From: Ginglymostoma cirratum
Lineage: Eukaryota
Direction: 5' to 3'
DNA length: 64,000 bases
Assembly (NCBI GenBank): GCA_024137785.1
Contig: JAHRHZ010000056.1
Location: 15,314,409 to 15,378,408, forward strand
This document shows, in pieces, positions 22,750 through 35,930 of the stretch. The position numbers and the translations under genes are program-made. The stretch's first letter is position 1, and every line of letters starts with the position of its first letter. The notes beneath the pieces were generated by a model that saw only the letters and a list, made by a program, of their open reading frames with translations, ran no database searches and had not been told where the DNA came from.

Positions 22750-25077
22750 AGCAACCATGTTTTCATATTTTTAATGGTTGCTTATAACCACTTGAACAAA
22801 AGGAACGCTTTCCCTATAAAATGTTTCAGAAGTTCCAACATCAAATTACAAGAATCAGCAAATACAAATCAGTGAGGCATTCTCTCTACAAAACAATCTT
22901 TAAATATTAGAAAAATTCCCAAAAGATCACAGAAGCTAAAAGTAACATGGTACGTATGGGTTACTAGCACAATTTCACATTGAGTGCAAAAATGCACTCA
23001 TTTCACCTCTTACAGTACACACGCCCAGTGCTCCTGACCTTACTGTAAGAATCAAAATAAAATGGAAAGTAAAGCTGCAAAATACAAACGACATTATATA
23101 CAGATACCATACATCCTCATTCAAACCCAACAAGTACAACAAAGTGCCTCTTTCAGTACCCTTTAAAAAGACATCCACCCCACTCTGAAACCGGGCACAA
23201 GCTGACAAGGTATTCAAATCATGATCCGGAGTTTAAGCAAAGCTGCAGTCAGTAAAAGGCTCAGTCACTTTGGGTTCTCCCCTCCTTTCCCTCTCATGAC
23301 AATGTCTCAAGTTGACAACTTTGAGAAAATAATAGAGGGCATGGTTTAGCTGTTGAGACTTCAAATTCTGATTCTGCCTCTTTCTTAATGAGCTAGAACT
23401 TGGAAACTTATTCACATCACTTCCCATGCTGGGAAGAGAGATTCTTTTTCAATCCCTGAAATTTGTAATTATTCCTTAATTCTGATGTGCAAAGAAATGA
23501 CAAACACAACATAGTCTCATTATGAGTTATGCAAAAGAAAGTGCTGAGCTTGTCTGTAAAAGAGATGTCAGTACTGTAGTGTTCCAAACTCAAGGGAGCT
23601 ATGTACAGGACCTGACTCCAGCAGCTCTGTGCAGTCTCTTGTGAAAAAGGACTCCGGCAGTACAATCTTTCAACTCTACAATTCAAAGGAGGATGAAACT
23701 GTTCGTTAAAACTTCTCACAATATACTTTGCATTTGGTTTGATGACCAGAGAGCTAATGTACATTCCATTCAGAAGTGACAAAACAGAATTTGAAAAATA
23801 CAAAAATGCTATTTGCAGTTTCTGCTGCAAGCTTTAAACTGCATCTAGAACATCAAGATCAACTCCCACCAATATTATGACTCTTCAAAAATCAGATTGA
23901 CAGACTAAAATGATACAAAATACTTGGGCTTCTCTGCAGTAATGCAGTCACATCCTCCAGAAGGAAACACATTAAGGAAAGACTACACATGCAGAAAAAC
24001 AAAGTTTTAAGTAACCAGAAAGATGTGGCTTGTAAGGACAACAGATTCCTTTGCAATTTTGAAGGGCGTGGGGCAACACAGGAGCTTATTTCTATCCTCT
24101 GCTGTTAAAATAAGTGAGCACTTGCTTTGGTGCAGGCCACTCAACGACTTCGTTCATATTACAAAGGAGAGATTTAAGTCACAAAATAGTGAATCTGAAA
24201 TCTCCCTCAAAAAACATCCATCGTATTTACAAACTGCAACATCACAAGGTACTCTTCACTGAATTAGACCAGCCTGTGCTTAATACACAGGGTCTGATCC
24301 TGGCCATTCCCACTGACAGGCCCACACTTTGCCCTTGAAAAGCACCTCCCCCTCCCACCCCTTCCCAACGTAAAAGACCAGGACACCCCACTTATGGAAA
24401 TACTAAAGAATTGGAGGCTTCGATACTTGCTATCTAGCCACCCCGATATCTCGGTTCTGCTTTAACGGGAAACAAACTCGACAGTGGACCAGAACTGGTA
24501 GCAGGTAAACGAGGCAGGATCCAACTTCAGTCACCATATTTTTGTTAAAAAAAATTAAAAATCCAAAAGCATTGCAATGCAAGTATGAATGACCTGATAA
24601 ACCCAAACACCAACTTTAAATGCAGTAAGTGAATTCACACTCAAAACACACAAATGCCTTGAGATCTTGTGTGTCTGTATTTCTGATTACATAAGATGTA
24701 CTCGAAACCATACCAGGGAATTGTTATGCCAGGTTTTTAAAAAGTTGAGCCCTGAATGTCACTCAGCAGTACATGGATGGAGAGTAATTTCAGAATGATT
24801 GTAACAGGGATTGTTCTAGTGGAAAAGGAAAACTGCCTACAAATTCTCCATTTGGTCCATTCTTACTTGCATCACTAGTGGTTTTCAATGAGTTGAAAGC
24901 AACTCAGGAAAGCCCAGTCAATTTGCCCGTGGAACTGACTGGACAATGATGGCTGGATCACATCAGATTTTAGAACGTCTGCTTCTGTCAATTGTCTCAA
25001 AACAGTCCTGGTAGCAGGCATGAGGGCTCTTTAGGCTGATAGTTTTAGTACTGCCTGGAAGATCAAAGCAGAGCACT
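22750..25077 (-). other. UBTF: Probable UBTF 3' UTR (end uncertain)
   Basis: Repeat-poor, U-rich on the minus strand, directly after the stop; ATTAAA near 22770, alternative AATAAA at about 22402. Confidence 0.5.
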
Positions 25078-25182
25078 TCAGTCAGAGTCCGAGTCAGAGG
25101 ACTCTTCTGATGAAGAACTGCTGCTGCTGTCAGACTGATTTTCTTCATCATCTTCACCTTCGTCGTCGTCATCATCAGCATT
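25078..25182 (-). CDS. UBTF: UBTF last coding exon (acidic/Ser tail)
   Basis: tctag|NADDDDDEGEDDEENQSDSSSSSSSEESSDSDSD*; 105 nt. Confidence 0.95.
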   Translation of the reverse strand, partial: NADDDDDEGEDDEENQSDSSSSSSSEESSDSDSD

Positions 25183-25699
25183 CTAGAAAGAAAAACCACA
25201 GTAAATGTTTGTTAAGAAAGAGTGGCTAGCACCGCACATTTTTATCATTAAAAATGAACACTAAGGGGGAACCTGGCAAGATTATGGGCTTCAACTGAAA
25301 AATAAAAAGTTACTGCAATTTCTAAGTCAAGTCTAGCTGAAACAAAGCTCATTTAGATGCAGAATCACTTACAGATCTAGGCAGAGATCATTATGGAAAA
25401 AAAAAAAGACAAATTATACCTGCCAGATCAAGGTTTTTCTGCCAGTTGAAATGGGATTGAGGAGTTAACTATGTAAATACAAGCATTTAATTCACATGTA
25501 TACATTTACTGAGGTTCACATGTTTCTGCTGTGGGCCTTAAGGAGCAGGATTCTTGACCTGCAGATCTTTATGCACGTGCAGCAAGTCAACTTGAGACAG
25601 TGGAATCGGACAGAAGGATTTGCTCCATTTTCTTTCTTTCCATGTTGCTGTTCTGCCTTATCATTTAAGTATTTGGACTCAAAGCATGACACAACTTGA

Positions 25700-26060
25700 C
25701 GGACAACTTGTCACCATTTTAAATAATTGGCAGCAAGCTCCTCCCACTCATTAGGGTTAATGCTGCAGTGCTTCAAGGAGAGCTTCAGAGAGCGTGTATT
25801 TACAGCATTTACCTTGTCCTCAACTGGAACAATGGTCATTTGAGAGTTGAGCAAATAGGAGCATGCTGGGAAAATGCTTTTCAGTCCAGTGGGGTTGATT
25901 TTGCCAGAGATTTGCCTGAAATTTTGTGGGGCTGACTTCAAGAAGGACACTCGCATTTGTTTGATGGCAATCCCACTGAATCTGATGATTGTGATGCAGG
26001 CATTGCAGGTGGAATCTCTCTCACGCTCTTCCATTTTGCCGAGGACAGTGCAGGTTAAAC
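25700..26060 (-). mobile_element. RTE-clade LINE ORF C-terminal fragment
   Basis: LKLSLKHCSINPNEWEELAANYLKW resembles the RTE/BovB C-terminal motif LKxSLKxCxIxxxxWExLAxxRxxW. Confidence 0.7.
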
Positions 26061-26109
26061 AGCAATACAGGAATACGTTGATGATACCGAAAACAACAAA
26101 TACTAGCAA

Positions 26110-26410
26110 CAGCAAGAACTGCAGATGCTGGAAGTCAGAGTTGATACAGCATGGAGCTGAAGGAACCCAGCAGGTCAGGCAGTATGAGGAGGAGGAGGAA
26201 GAAAGTCGATATTTCAGGTCAGCACTCTTCACTAGTCCTGAAGAAGAGTGTTGACTTGAAATGTTGACTTTCCTGCTCCTCGGATATTGCCTGACCTGCT
26301 GGGTTCCTCCAACTCCACACTATCGAAATGCTGGAGATCACAGCAGGTCAGGCGGCATCCATGGACAGACAGTAAGCTAACATTTTGGGTCTACAGGACT
26401 CTTCAGAGTG
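26110..26410. mobile_element. Palindromic Penelope-derived repeat plus an adjacent half copy
   Basis: Inverted arms around about 26233; plus strand agtc-CTGAAGA-agagtgttgactt-GAAA-TGTT-gact. Confidence 0.8.
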
Positions 26411-26835
26411 ATGATAAATGTGGCGATAATGATGCCAACTGCTCTGAACAGAGGATGTTTATCGAATTGTAGACATCTTTCATTTGTTGAATCATAAGAA
26501 CATATAGAAATATTCCAGTCTTTTCTTCAAGATACACAGGAGGCAGACTTACCAGGTTTGGATTGATACAGTTTTGTTTTGGTAGCATTTACGGACTGAG
26601 CGAGTTTCTCGTATGCAGAATCGACAAGACTGAAAGAGGCTTGCTAATCTGGTGCACAATAAGCAACAACACAGCAGCGATCTGCATATCGCAAACTGGT
26701 GGTCAGTTTAACCTCAGTTACCTCTGTGTCAAAACTAAACAGTTTTCCATCTAGGTGGCATTTCAAAGTCAGAAGCTCAACTGCTCCCTGGTCTATGGCA
26801 AATTACCAGTGTCAGGTAGATTGTAAATAGGTTAA

Positions 26836-26992
26836 GTGGATTGGCCATGTTAAATTGCCCCGTAGTATCTAGGGATGTGTAGGCTAGATGGATTAACCAT
26901 AGTAAGTGAAGGGTTACAACGATAAGAAAGGTCAGTGAGAACTTGATGGACCGAACGGCCTCTTTCCACACTGCAGGGATTCTGAGATTCTA
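26836..26992 (+). mobile_element. HE1-type SINE, 3' half
   Basis: gtggattggccatgttaaattgcccc...ttccacactgcagggattct matches the other HE1 copies. Confidence 0.75.
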
Positions 26993-27639
26993 TTGATAGC
27001 ATGGGAACTCCTTGCTTGACTCAGTCCAGATATCGAATACCTGTTTCAAACATTCCAATAAAAAAAAAGTTGCAGTCATATCATTACAAAGCAGTTGCAG
27101 GATTGTGATGAAGCAGCTTCCTTTATTTCAGGATTTGGACGTTGATGCGCAGGGACGCGCGATTTACCAAATGAAATTCTTCAGTTAGATTGATTAATGT
27201 GATGATGGTTTCTTGGAGAGTTGCTGCCTTGCCGATAGAAAATTTGTCTGCTGCTTGCTCCTTCTGCTGGCCTGCACCAGGAAGGTGGTCTCAATCAGGG
27301 CAGCGACATCAATTGGGAATCTTGATCGTCCACAGGATGAAACTGCAGTTCTTATTCCCAGACACACAGTCTTGAGATTATCCCTGTATTCCAACATTCT
27401 AGGTGGCAAAATTCAGAACTTCCTCTCTTAGGCCACGAAAGATGGTGATTCCACAGCATCGGCCTCTCCAGCCAGAAGAAAGTGGGACAGCTTATTTTTT
27501 GGGCATTTTTCTATCAAGCCCTTTCCCATTTTGGGTGAGCAGAGGTTATCTTCAAGTCATAGATACTGCTGTCTAAAAATATCTCTGAACCAGGACATGT
27601 GTCTAATGAACTTCAACTTGCGCAGGGCTTTATTAAGAT

Positions 27640-28185
27640 GACACCTCAAATAACGTGTCTCGTTTCAGTTTCCATATTTATGGAGCAATATGCTCGCACT
27701 AGAGGTAATATTGGTTCATTAATTAGACTCTGGGATGAGAAAGTTGTCCATTGATGACAGGCCGAGTAAATTAGGTATCTATTCTTTGGAATTGCGAATA
27801 AGGGGGTGATCTTATGAAAAATACAGGATTCAGAAGGAACCTGATAGGGTGGGTCACCAACTGAAGAATCCAGAACATGGAGCAACATCTGCTGGATGAT
27901 GGCAGACCATGTTGGAGTGAGGAAAAATTTCTTTACTCAAAGCAGTGAGTGTCTTTGGAATTCTGTGCCTCAGAAGTGTTGTAGGTGCTCCATCATTGAA
28001 TCTATTTACAGCTAAAATTGATGGATTTTTGGTCATCTTTCTAACTGTCACTCTTGAGATTCAACAAGTCAAGGGAAATGGGCAGTGAAAGGGAAAGTGG
28101 AGTTGAAGCTCAGGACCAGTCATTATTTTACTGAATGGCAGAGCAGACTTAACTGGCCAAATGGACAACTCTTGCTGTTTATGAT
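27640..28185 (+). mobile_element. Old CR1-type LINE 3' fragment
   Basis: ataaggggtgatcttatgaaaaatacaggattc (RGDL..KI) and tttactcaaagcagtgagtgtctttggaattctgtgcc. Confidence 0.65.
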
Positions 28186-28880
28186 TTTAAGACCTCACGA
28201 GCCATTCATTGATAAAAATGCTCAATTGGTGAGATGGCTTCAGTCTGATTGACATATTAGGCAGCAAGACACTGGAGAACATCTAGCCTGGATTGAAAAG
28301 TTTTTAACATACCTAGGTCAAAACAGTTTGAAATGGAAACATCTTCCATATTTTACACAGGCCATAAATGGAAAGGAGAGATGAAACAAAGTATTAACAT
28401 CCAAGCCAATTTGAATTGTGACCTTAGGTGTTAAGTTCTCTGTCCTCTGCCTTATTAAAAAAGTGGCTAAACTTGACTGCCAACTCTCAATAGTTAAGAG
28501 AAATGCTGCACAGACTATTGAAACTATTGTTCAAAACTTCCAGCAGATATATTTACTGAGATAAACTTCTTTCCAGCCTGTCTTATTCCACGTAAATGTA
28601 ATTTATGCCCTCTCTCCGATTATCATCAGCCAACCTCTTGTTTCTGAATTAAATAACTATTCCCTGTTGAGTTCTGAAGATCATTTTATTTGTTCAGGAA
28701 ATAGATTTAGATTTCAGGCAGGAGAACCATTAAAACTAAGAGAGGGAACTTTCAGCCCAGCAAAAACAATTTTATTAAAAGTTCTTGAGGTGGAGGAAGT
28801 AGTGAGGCAGAAAATGTTCATTAATGTTCCATCCAATCCTCCTGAAAAGCCCATTGCAAAAGTTAAGCAATTTATTTTAC

Positions 28881-29024
28881 CTCATCTGCATCATCCTCTT
28901 CCTCACTTTCTTCATCACTGTCTGAACCTGAGGAGTCATCAGAATCTGAAGAATTGGCCTTTTCTTCATCATCGTCGTCATCATCATCTTCATCATCATC
29001 ATCTTCATCAGAATCCTCAGTTTC
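28881..29024 (-). CDS. UBTF: UBTF exon 20 equivalent (acidic tail)
   Basis: gcag|ETEDSDEDDDDEDDDDDDDEEKANSSDSDDSSGSDSDEESEEEDDADE|gtaaaa; 144 nt. Confidence 0.93.
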
Positions 29025-29439
29025 CTGCAGAAATCAGTAGGAACTCTGAATACTGGAACTCGAGCTAATTTCTCCTTTAACAAGATACGATGCATAAAAT
29101 CCATGTTGAAGACTAAAGATCAAACATTTGAATATGTTAATTTCATCATTTATGAATGGTTCAGACGTCGATGCTCAAAAAAATGTTTTCTTGCAGCTCC
29201 CAAAAACAAAATCAGAAATGATCACTCCAGTACAAATACTAAAGAGCGCAAAATTATTGCTACAAACTCTGAACCTGATGTGTTACTAAAAAATGAAGGT
29301 TAACTGCCACTGGCCCAAGTCGAGACAAAGTTGTTGTCCTGGTCAACATGCTTACTTCAGCAAATAGCAATAAAAATAAAAAACAATGTGAGTGCTTGCT
29401 GATTTTTCCCATGTATGGATCTGTCTGAACGGGGTGGCA

Positions 29440-29757
29440 AAGACCTAGACATTATTAGATTAGAAATCCAGAGACACACAGGTTCTGGGGACGTGCCTTT
29501 GCCATATCAGATGGTAGAATTCAAATTCTACCATGAGTCAAGTAACGACGAGTCTTACCATTGTCAATTGTGGGGGAAAACCCAATTGGTTCACAAATGT
29601 CCTTTAGGGAAGGTATTTGCTGTCCTTACCTGGTCTGGCCCACATGGGACTCGAGTTACAGCAATGTTTTTGACTCTCATCCCTATTTGCTCTGAGGGCA
29701 GTTAAGTGACAACTGCTAGCTCAGCTAGTGACACCTACTTCCATTAATGAATAAAAA
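29440..29757 (+). mobile_element. tRNA-derived SINE (second family)
   Basis: Similar to 30817-31000 and 59590-60030; core ggttcacaaatgtcctttagggaagg...ccttacctggtctggcc; tail gagggcagttaag...aatgaataaaaa. Confidence 0.7.
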
Positions 29758-30059
29758 GTTCAATTATGAATAATCTAACTGTAGGACCTTTTTGTCTATT
29801 TCAACTGATTCAATGTCAAGCAACTACATGTGCCACATTTCTTCTTTGATTAACACAATACGCTTGCAGGTGGTGCATTTAATCATCAAGGCTTGCACTC
29901 ATCTATAGGACTTTGTCAAAAAATTTCCTGTGGTCAGTTCCACAGCACACATTCAGTCAAACATAGAACTGCGGTAGGAGTAAAATTTAAGCATACAACA
30001 GCTACCCTTCACTAGGAAGAACATTACCAGTATCACACACTGATTGGCAGAATGTGACA

Positions 30060-30710
30060 CATGGTGTCATCACTGAATCTCATCCACGAACCTAACATTG
30101 CACCACATGAATCGATGACCTAGACAGTGAGATGTCTTTTTCAAATTTACAACAAACCCCAAATTGAAAAGGCATGGAGGCTGTGTAGATGAACACTGGA
30201 AGCTATAGAGTTTGTCATGGAAAGGCTGTGAATGGCCAAAACCGTAACAATTGGAGTTCAAAGTGGGAAGTGCAAGGACGTTCACTTTGGATTAAAGACA
30301 CACAAATTGGAAGGTGGAAATTGATAAGAAGCAAAGGGGTTTAGGTGCCCAAGTACATAAACCACTGAAATCCTCGTGCATGCTCATGGAAAGTCGTACT
30401 TAGTGTTCGCTGTAGCTCAGTTATGCTTCAGGTCATCAAACTCTATCTGGAAATTGGGTTCAGTTTTGGACACTAAGTCAGGAAGGATTATTCCAGCTTT
30501 GGAGGTATTGGACAACGATGAACACTTAAAGCAATTAATAAGGACAGATTATATAATCACACAGTGCATCTCCTTAGATTTAGAAGGTCAATCCGTGATT
30601 TAATTGAGTGTATTAACATGTTAAAAAGATTCGACAAACTAGATATAGAGAACATATTTCCCTGAGATGAAGCAAGGGTACACAACTTTAAAATTTAAAG
30701 TTAGGCCATT
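30060..30710 (+). mobile_element. Old CR1-type LINE fragment
   Basis: aggttcgtggatga (minus reading near 30090), gttcaaagtgggaagtgc, tttaggtgcccaagtacataaaccactgaa, gtgatttaattgagtgtattaacatgttaaaa resemble decayed CR1 ORF2. Confidence 0.5.
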
Positions 30711-30816
30711 CAGAGCAATAATATATTATAAAGGTTTTCTCTATGCATCAAATTTAAAAGGTAAGCACACCTGTATTATCTGACTGATGCTACTGCACTT
30801 GAAACTGCATTGCCAG

Positions 30817-31000
30817 GCAATGGCTTAGTGGTATTATCACTAGACTATTAATCAAGACATTCAGCCAATATTCTGGGGACTTGGATTCAAATCTTGCCAA
30901 GGCAGAGGGTAGGATTTAAATTTAAAAAAACAACGGGATTTAAAATTACCCCCAACGGTCATGACGTAAACTCTGTTGCACATGGTAACCATTTTGGAAA
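30817..31000 (+). mobile_element. tRNA-derived SINE, 5' part (second family)
   Basis: A box TGGCTTAGTGG and B box GGATTCAAATC. Confidence 0.65.
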
Positions 31001-31135
31001 AAAAACGCACTGCATTTCACCTGTTTGCAACATTTCCTATTTCCTGTCTTGGATCTCTAACAAATTAGCTCAGCCACAAGAATACACGAGCTGCTTTTGT
31101 CAAATCAAAGCTGCAGTAACTTCATAGATACTTAC

Positions 31136-31210
31136 ACTTGCACTCTGTGTTTGTAGTGCAATTTTCATTTTGGGATTTGGACTAGCTGCTTTTGTAGCAC
31201 TTTTGCGTTT
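31136..31210 (-). CDS. UBTF: UBTF exon 19 equivalent
   Basis: acag|KRKSATKAASPNPKMKIALQTQSAS|gtaagt; 75 nt. Confidence 0.9.
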
Positions 31211-31596
31211 CTGTCAAAGACAATACAGAAAGGGCATCAAAATATTAAAAATCTGCAATCATATGTTTTCATTGAGAATTGTCCTGCAACCACCACCCCA
31301 TCTCATTCACCACCATCACCCAGCTAAACAAACAAAAGCTACTATTTCAAATATCAGGCTTATAAGCCAAGTACTTTATTTTCAAGTATAACTTGGTCAT
31401 TAAGTCAAGATTTAGAGCAGGTATTAGTTCACAGGTCATTAGGGTGGTATCATCTAGTGTATAATAGCTAGTCAATAGAAAACAATATTTCTCTTTCAAA
31501 ATGAAGTCAAAATACTGAGAGCTCGCAAAAGTATATTTCTAACTGAGCTTTGAATACAACGATTGCCAAAATCTAGTCGTCGGTCAATCGACTTAC

Positions 31597-31644
31597 ATTT
31601 GTAGTGTATTCCTTGTACATGGCTCTCTCTTGAGGCGATAAGCT
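31597..31644 (-). CDS. UBTF: UBTF exon 18 equivalent
   Basis: atag|SLSPQERAMYKEYTTN|gtaagt; 48 nt. Confidence 0.95.
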
Positions 31645-34114
31645 CTATGAAAATAATGTTCATAATTAAATATTGCTCTTGTCCAATTCAAATTTAAAAG
31701 CAACTACAATAACAAGGCTGTCATTAGCTCAGACCATGTAATCCCCATTAACAGACAGTTCCTTTTCAAGCAATATGCATTGGAGCTGACTTAAATGTTG
31801 GATTATAAATCAGCAAGCAGTTACAAGGTGGCAGGAAAAAAAAAACTATTGTCTGCCTGTCAAAGAAAAACAAAACTTTTCAGCTGTATAGAAAAGATTA
31901 GAACACGGAAAACTTGCTGAAGTCCACAAGAATTAGGATAGAACAGGATGATAAAAAAATGTGGACTTAAGGGCAAAATGATTAAAAGCGCAGCTTGGAT
32001 ACTGAGTTTGTGATGATGTGTGAACAAGATCATCACAGGGATCAGTGATTAGATTTCAAATCTGTAAAATGCAGATACCAACTGTAAGCTCAACACTCTT
32101 ACAGATGGCACGAAACAGTGAGATAAGGATGGACACCATAGTTAATACTTCAAACCGTTCTGAATCTTTCTGCCAAACCTTAACAGCTGAACAGCAAACA
32201 TTTGTCACCACTGCACTTTGAAATATTGTATATTTAAAGAATGAAAACAGCACAGATAAACTTTTCAAAATTAATGACTGCGGTGGATACGTTTCTTTCA
32301 ATATGGAAAAAAGGCTGAATGTTTAACTAGAACCACAAGAGGTTATGTCAGGCTTGATGATACACCGACCATCTCATATTAGAATGTGGTTCAATATTGG
32401 TCACTGAAAGTCAGGACACTTACGTACTTTGGAGAATTCTTATAGGAAAGATCACCCAAATGAGAAAAACCCTTAGAAGGTGCATTAGGAGGAGTTAGTG
32501 AGGGACAGCCTCAGGTGAGGCACAGCATGGCATGGCAATAGCAATAGCAAAGACAAGATGAATGCTATTGGAGCTCTGAAGAAACATTCCAGACTCTGAA
32601 ACATTCACTGTTTTTCTTGCCCCATGTAGGGGTGATCTGTACCTTGCCATGTAAACTGCCTGTACCTGTTTACAAGATGGCAGACAGAAGCTAAGCAAAA
32701 CTAAGCAGCCTGCTCAGTGAAATACAATGGTAACTTTGAACAGAACTGCTGGAAGGTCAGTAAAAGAATGCTGTATGTTCCCATCCGAGACAGTTCTGAT
32801 AAAAGGATGCCTTAGGACAAATAAATGACCAATTCCAGCTTTATTAATGAAAGGGTGATTGTCCCAGGGAATGAATGTCAGGTGCTAGATTAGGTCCTCA
32901 AGCAGCTGCAAGGATAACAACTAAATTTTTTTCATAGTAAATAATTGCCTCTTTGAAGCTACCAGCAATATTAAATAGCTTCTAGCTAAAAATACTCTAA
33001 TCAAAGAAGTTGGTTTCAATACATAACCAGTATGTAGCACAAGCCTTAAAAAAAAACAAACATTTAAGCTTAGATGTAAAGATTAACTATCCTCAGAAGG
33101 TACCTTCTCTTGTGCCCTAAACAAGATAGATCGATCACAATCCATAAATTACAAAATGCTGACAGTAGTAGTTATATGATGTTACACATTATAATTAACT
33201 TTATAACAGGAGTTAGTTTTAACTAATTGCTATAAAGTTAACTAACTTTTTATTTTTACATTACGTAATTGGGACAGTGGGGAAAAAAGGAGTAACTGAA
33301 TGTGGTAAGAGAGAGCACCAAAACACAATGGGCTATAGAATTCATGCTGTCCTTACAGATAAACAAGCCTGAGAAAGACCCAAAGGAGTACAGCCATTAA
33401 ACTTTCAGAATGCGAATGAGTAGGATGCATGGGAAGATCCCAAGGCCTAGCGATTACAATGTCTAGCTAATACCATAAGATCATGGGAACCTGGGGCTGT
33501 CAATGGAAATGCCCATCACTGATTAGGGTCCCACAGGATCGGGTGTTTGAATTAAGGGGAAGGACTATAACTAAATTGTATTTGATTACTGTAACAAAAT
33601 GTATAAAAATGCTGTATTTCTTTGTAAAAGCAGAGGGTATGTCATTGATCTATCTTCTGAAGTCAGATTCGGGGGATTTGCCGGGGGGGGGGGTGGTGGT
33701 GGAAAGAGAGAGGTTGGAGATGCTTTGGCCCTCGCCCGGCATAAACCTGCTTCTGCTTGAATAAATATCTTCCACTTGCCTGAATCCTGCCTGCCTCCCG
33801 AGTCGGAAAAAAACGCTCCCACACCCCAGATGCTGCCAGACCTGTTCAGTTTTTCCAGCAGTATTTTTATTTTCAATTCAGTATGACATTGGGTTAATAA
33901 GTGGTAAAAGATGATGACCAAAGGCTGGCCAAATGGAGATAACTAACGCATGCCATCAGGTCAATGACTGAATGTAGAAGCCAGTTCACCTCAAATCTAC
34001 TCAGTCAGAAGCCCAGTCACAGACTGGTGAAAGAAAAATCCTCAACTGGTAATGGATCCAAACTCTCCAACTATAACTGCCTCCTACTTTCAGTCAATAG
34101 TGCAGGCTACCTAC

Positions 34115-34304
34115 CTTAAGCCAGGCTTCCAGGTTGATTTTGTATTGGCTTTGCTGTTCTTCCGCCATCTTCTTATAACGGTCCTTCTGAGCCTGGGTGA
34201 CTTTCCGCCATCTTTTCCCAATCTCTACCATCCGATCCTTCAGATTCAGGTGGTTCAACTCACCACCTGTGAGGAGTTCCTGAGAAAATTTCTGGTAACC
34301 ATTC
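34115..34304 (-). CDS. UBTF: UBTF exon 17 equivalent (last HMG box)
   Basis: [63 protein letters not shown]; 190 nt; AG/GT ends. Confidence 0.97.
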
Positions 34305-34898
34305 CTGAAATGGCAGTCATTATAAACCTTCCTCAGCACAACCGACCAATATAAACTCATAAGGGTGAGCATTTTAGATAAATTATATCTTGGCAAGCAG
34401 AAGAGAGTTTTGTGAAACCCTTCTGTCATTCTTCCCTCGCACACTGATAAATCAGTGAAGCAACAGTTTAAAATCAGTTACCACATACATCAGAATTTCT
34501 GCAAAATATATAATACCGCATTTTCTGAAACTTTATTTAAATCCAACAGCATTTAAAGCAGAATTAGTAAAGTGATCGGCAAAACTTTGAGGCTCCCAAG
34601 TGATGCAGGAAAAGAATTTGCTAAATCACACTACCAACTAATCCCTTCAGCAATGCCCCAATTCCCTGTATACTCTCGTTCTGACCATAAAACAACCCTC
34701 CCACATGCCACTTCTGATTCTACTCTATTACAACGTTTGTTTGTAAAGAATACAACTATCCAACATAAAGTTTGGAATTTATCATTGTAATTGAGTTAAT
34801 TAGAGGCATGCCACAAAAAGTTGGAAAATATTTCAGGGTTTAAGTCTAATTCTCACCCAATCATTGTAAACATTTGGATACTAAAAGGTGGTACATAC

Positions 34899-34981
34899 AT
34901 GGGTGGCTTTTTTGGTTCCCCTTCAAATTTCATTTTCTTGTTTGTGTTTGTTGCTGGTGTTCGGATTTCACTTAATTCCTT
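34899..34981 (-). CDS. UBTF: UBTF exon 16 equivalent
   Basis: ttcag|KELSEIRTPATNTNKKMKFEGEPKKPP(M)|gtatgt; 83 nt. Confidence 0.96.
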
Positions 34982-35419
34982 CTGAAATGGAAAATAATAA
35001 TTTATGAAACAGAAGGCATCAGTAGTAAAAGTCATAGACAGTGAGCACTTCATTTTTTTTTTAAAAAATGTTTTGGCCATTGCTCAAAACATCTTTTCCC
35101 ACAGCACAACAATATCTGGGTGCAGTAAAAGAAATGGCACAGCAGCAATTCTGAAACATTGGCTCGAGCAAGTTTGGGTAAGGGAGAAGGGGAGAAACGT
35201 AAAAATGGAAAATACAATCCAAGTGCTTTTACTGCTGATTATCATCAAACAAGAGCGTCAAAAAGTGCACAAAAACAGGAACTTGGGCATAGATGCGATA
35301 GTTCTTGCAATCACTTTTAAACTGCCATCCAACCCTATGCTGGGATGTAGATGGTAGATAAATGGTCTTTCTGCTATGGAGTGCTTCTTGAGGGCCAATC
35401 CTGTCCTAATCCAAGTTTG

Positions 35420-35930
35420 CACAGAGTCACACAGCATGGAAACATACCCTTCAATCCAACCAATCTATGCCAAACATAATCCCAACTAAACTAGTCCCAT
35501 CTGCCTGCTCTTGGCCCATATCCCTCCAAATCTTTCCTATTCGTGTACTTAGCCAAAGGTCTTCCAAATGTTGTAAATTTTACCCACATCCACCACTTCC
35601 TCAGGAAGTTCACTCCACACATGAACCATCCTGTGTAAAAAATTTGCCCCTCGTCTTTTTTTAAATCTCTCCCCTCTCACCTTAAAGATATGCCCCCTAG
35701 CTTTGAACTCTCCCACCTCAGGGAAAAGACCCTTGCTATTCACCTTATCCGTGACCCTTATGATTTTCTGAACCTCTACAACATCACCCTTCATCCTTGT
35801 ACACTCCAGTGAAAAGAAGTTTCAGCTTATCCAGCCTTTCCTTATAACTCAAACCTTCCACACCTGGTAAATCTCTTCTGAACCCTCTCCAGTTTAATAT
35901 CCTTCCTATAACTGAATGACCAGAACACTC
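35420..35930 (-). mobile_element. CR1/HER1-type LINE 3' fragment
   Basis: ORF track KGDVVEVQKIIRVTDKVNSKGLFP...RGHIFKVRGERFK...RMVHVWSELP; tail cagcatggaaacatacccttc on +. Confidence 0.9.

Noticed and set aside
28667-29104. His-rich and Met/Lys-rich ORFs
   Set aside because: These are antisense and off-frame readings of the UBTF acidic-tail GAT/GAA codons; the same applies to 24963-25199
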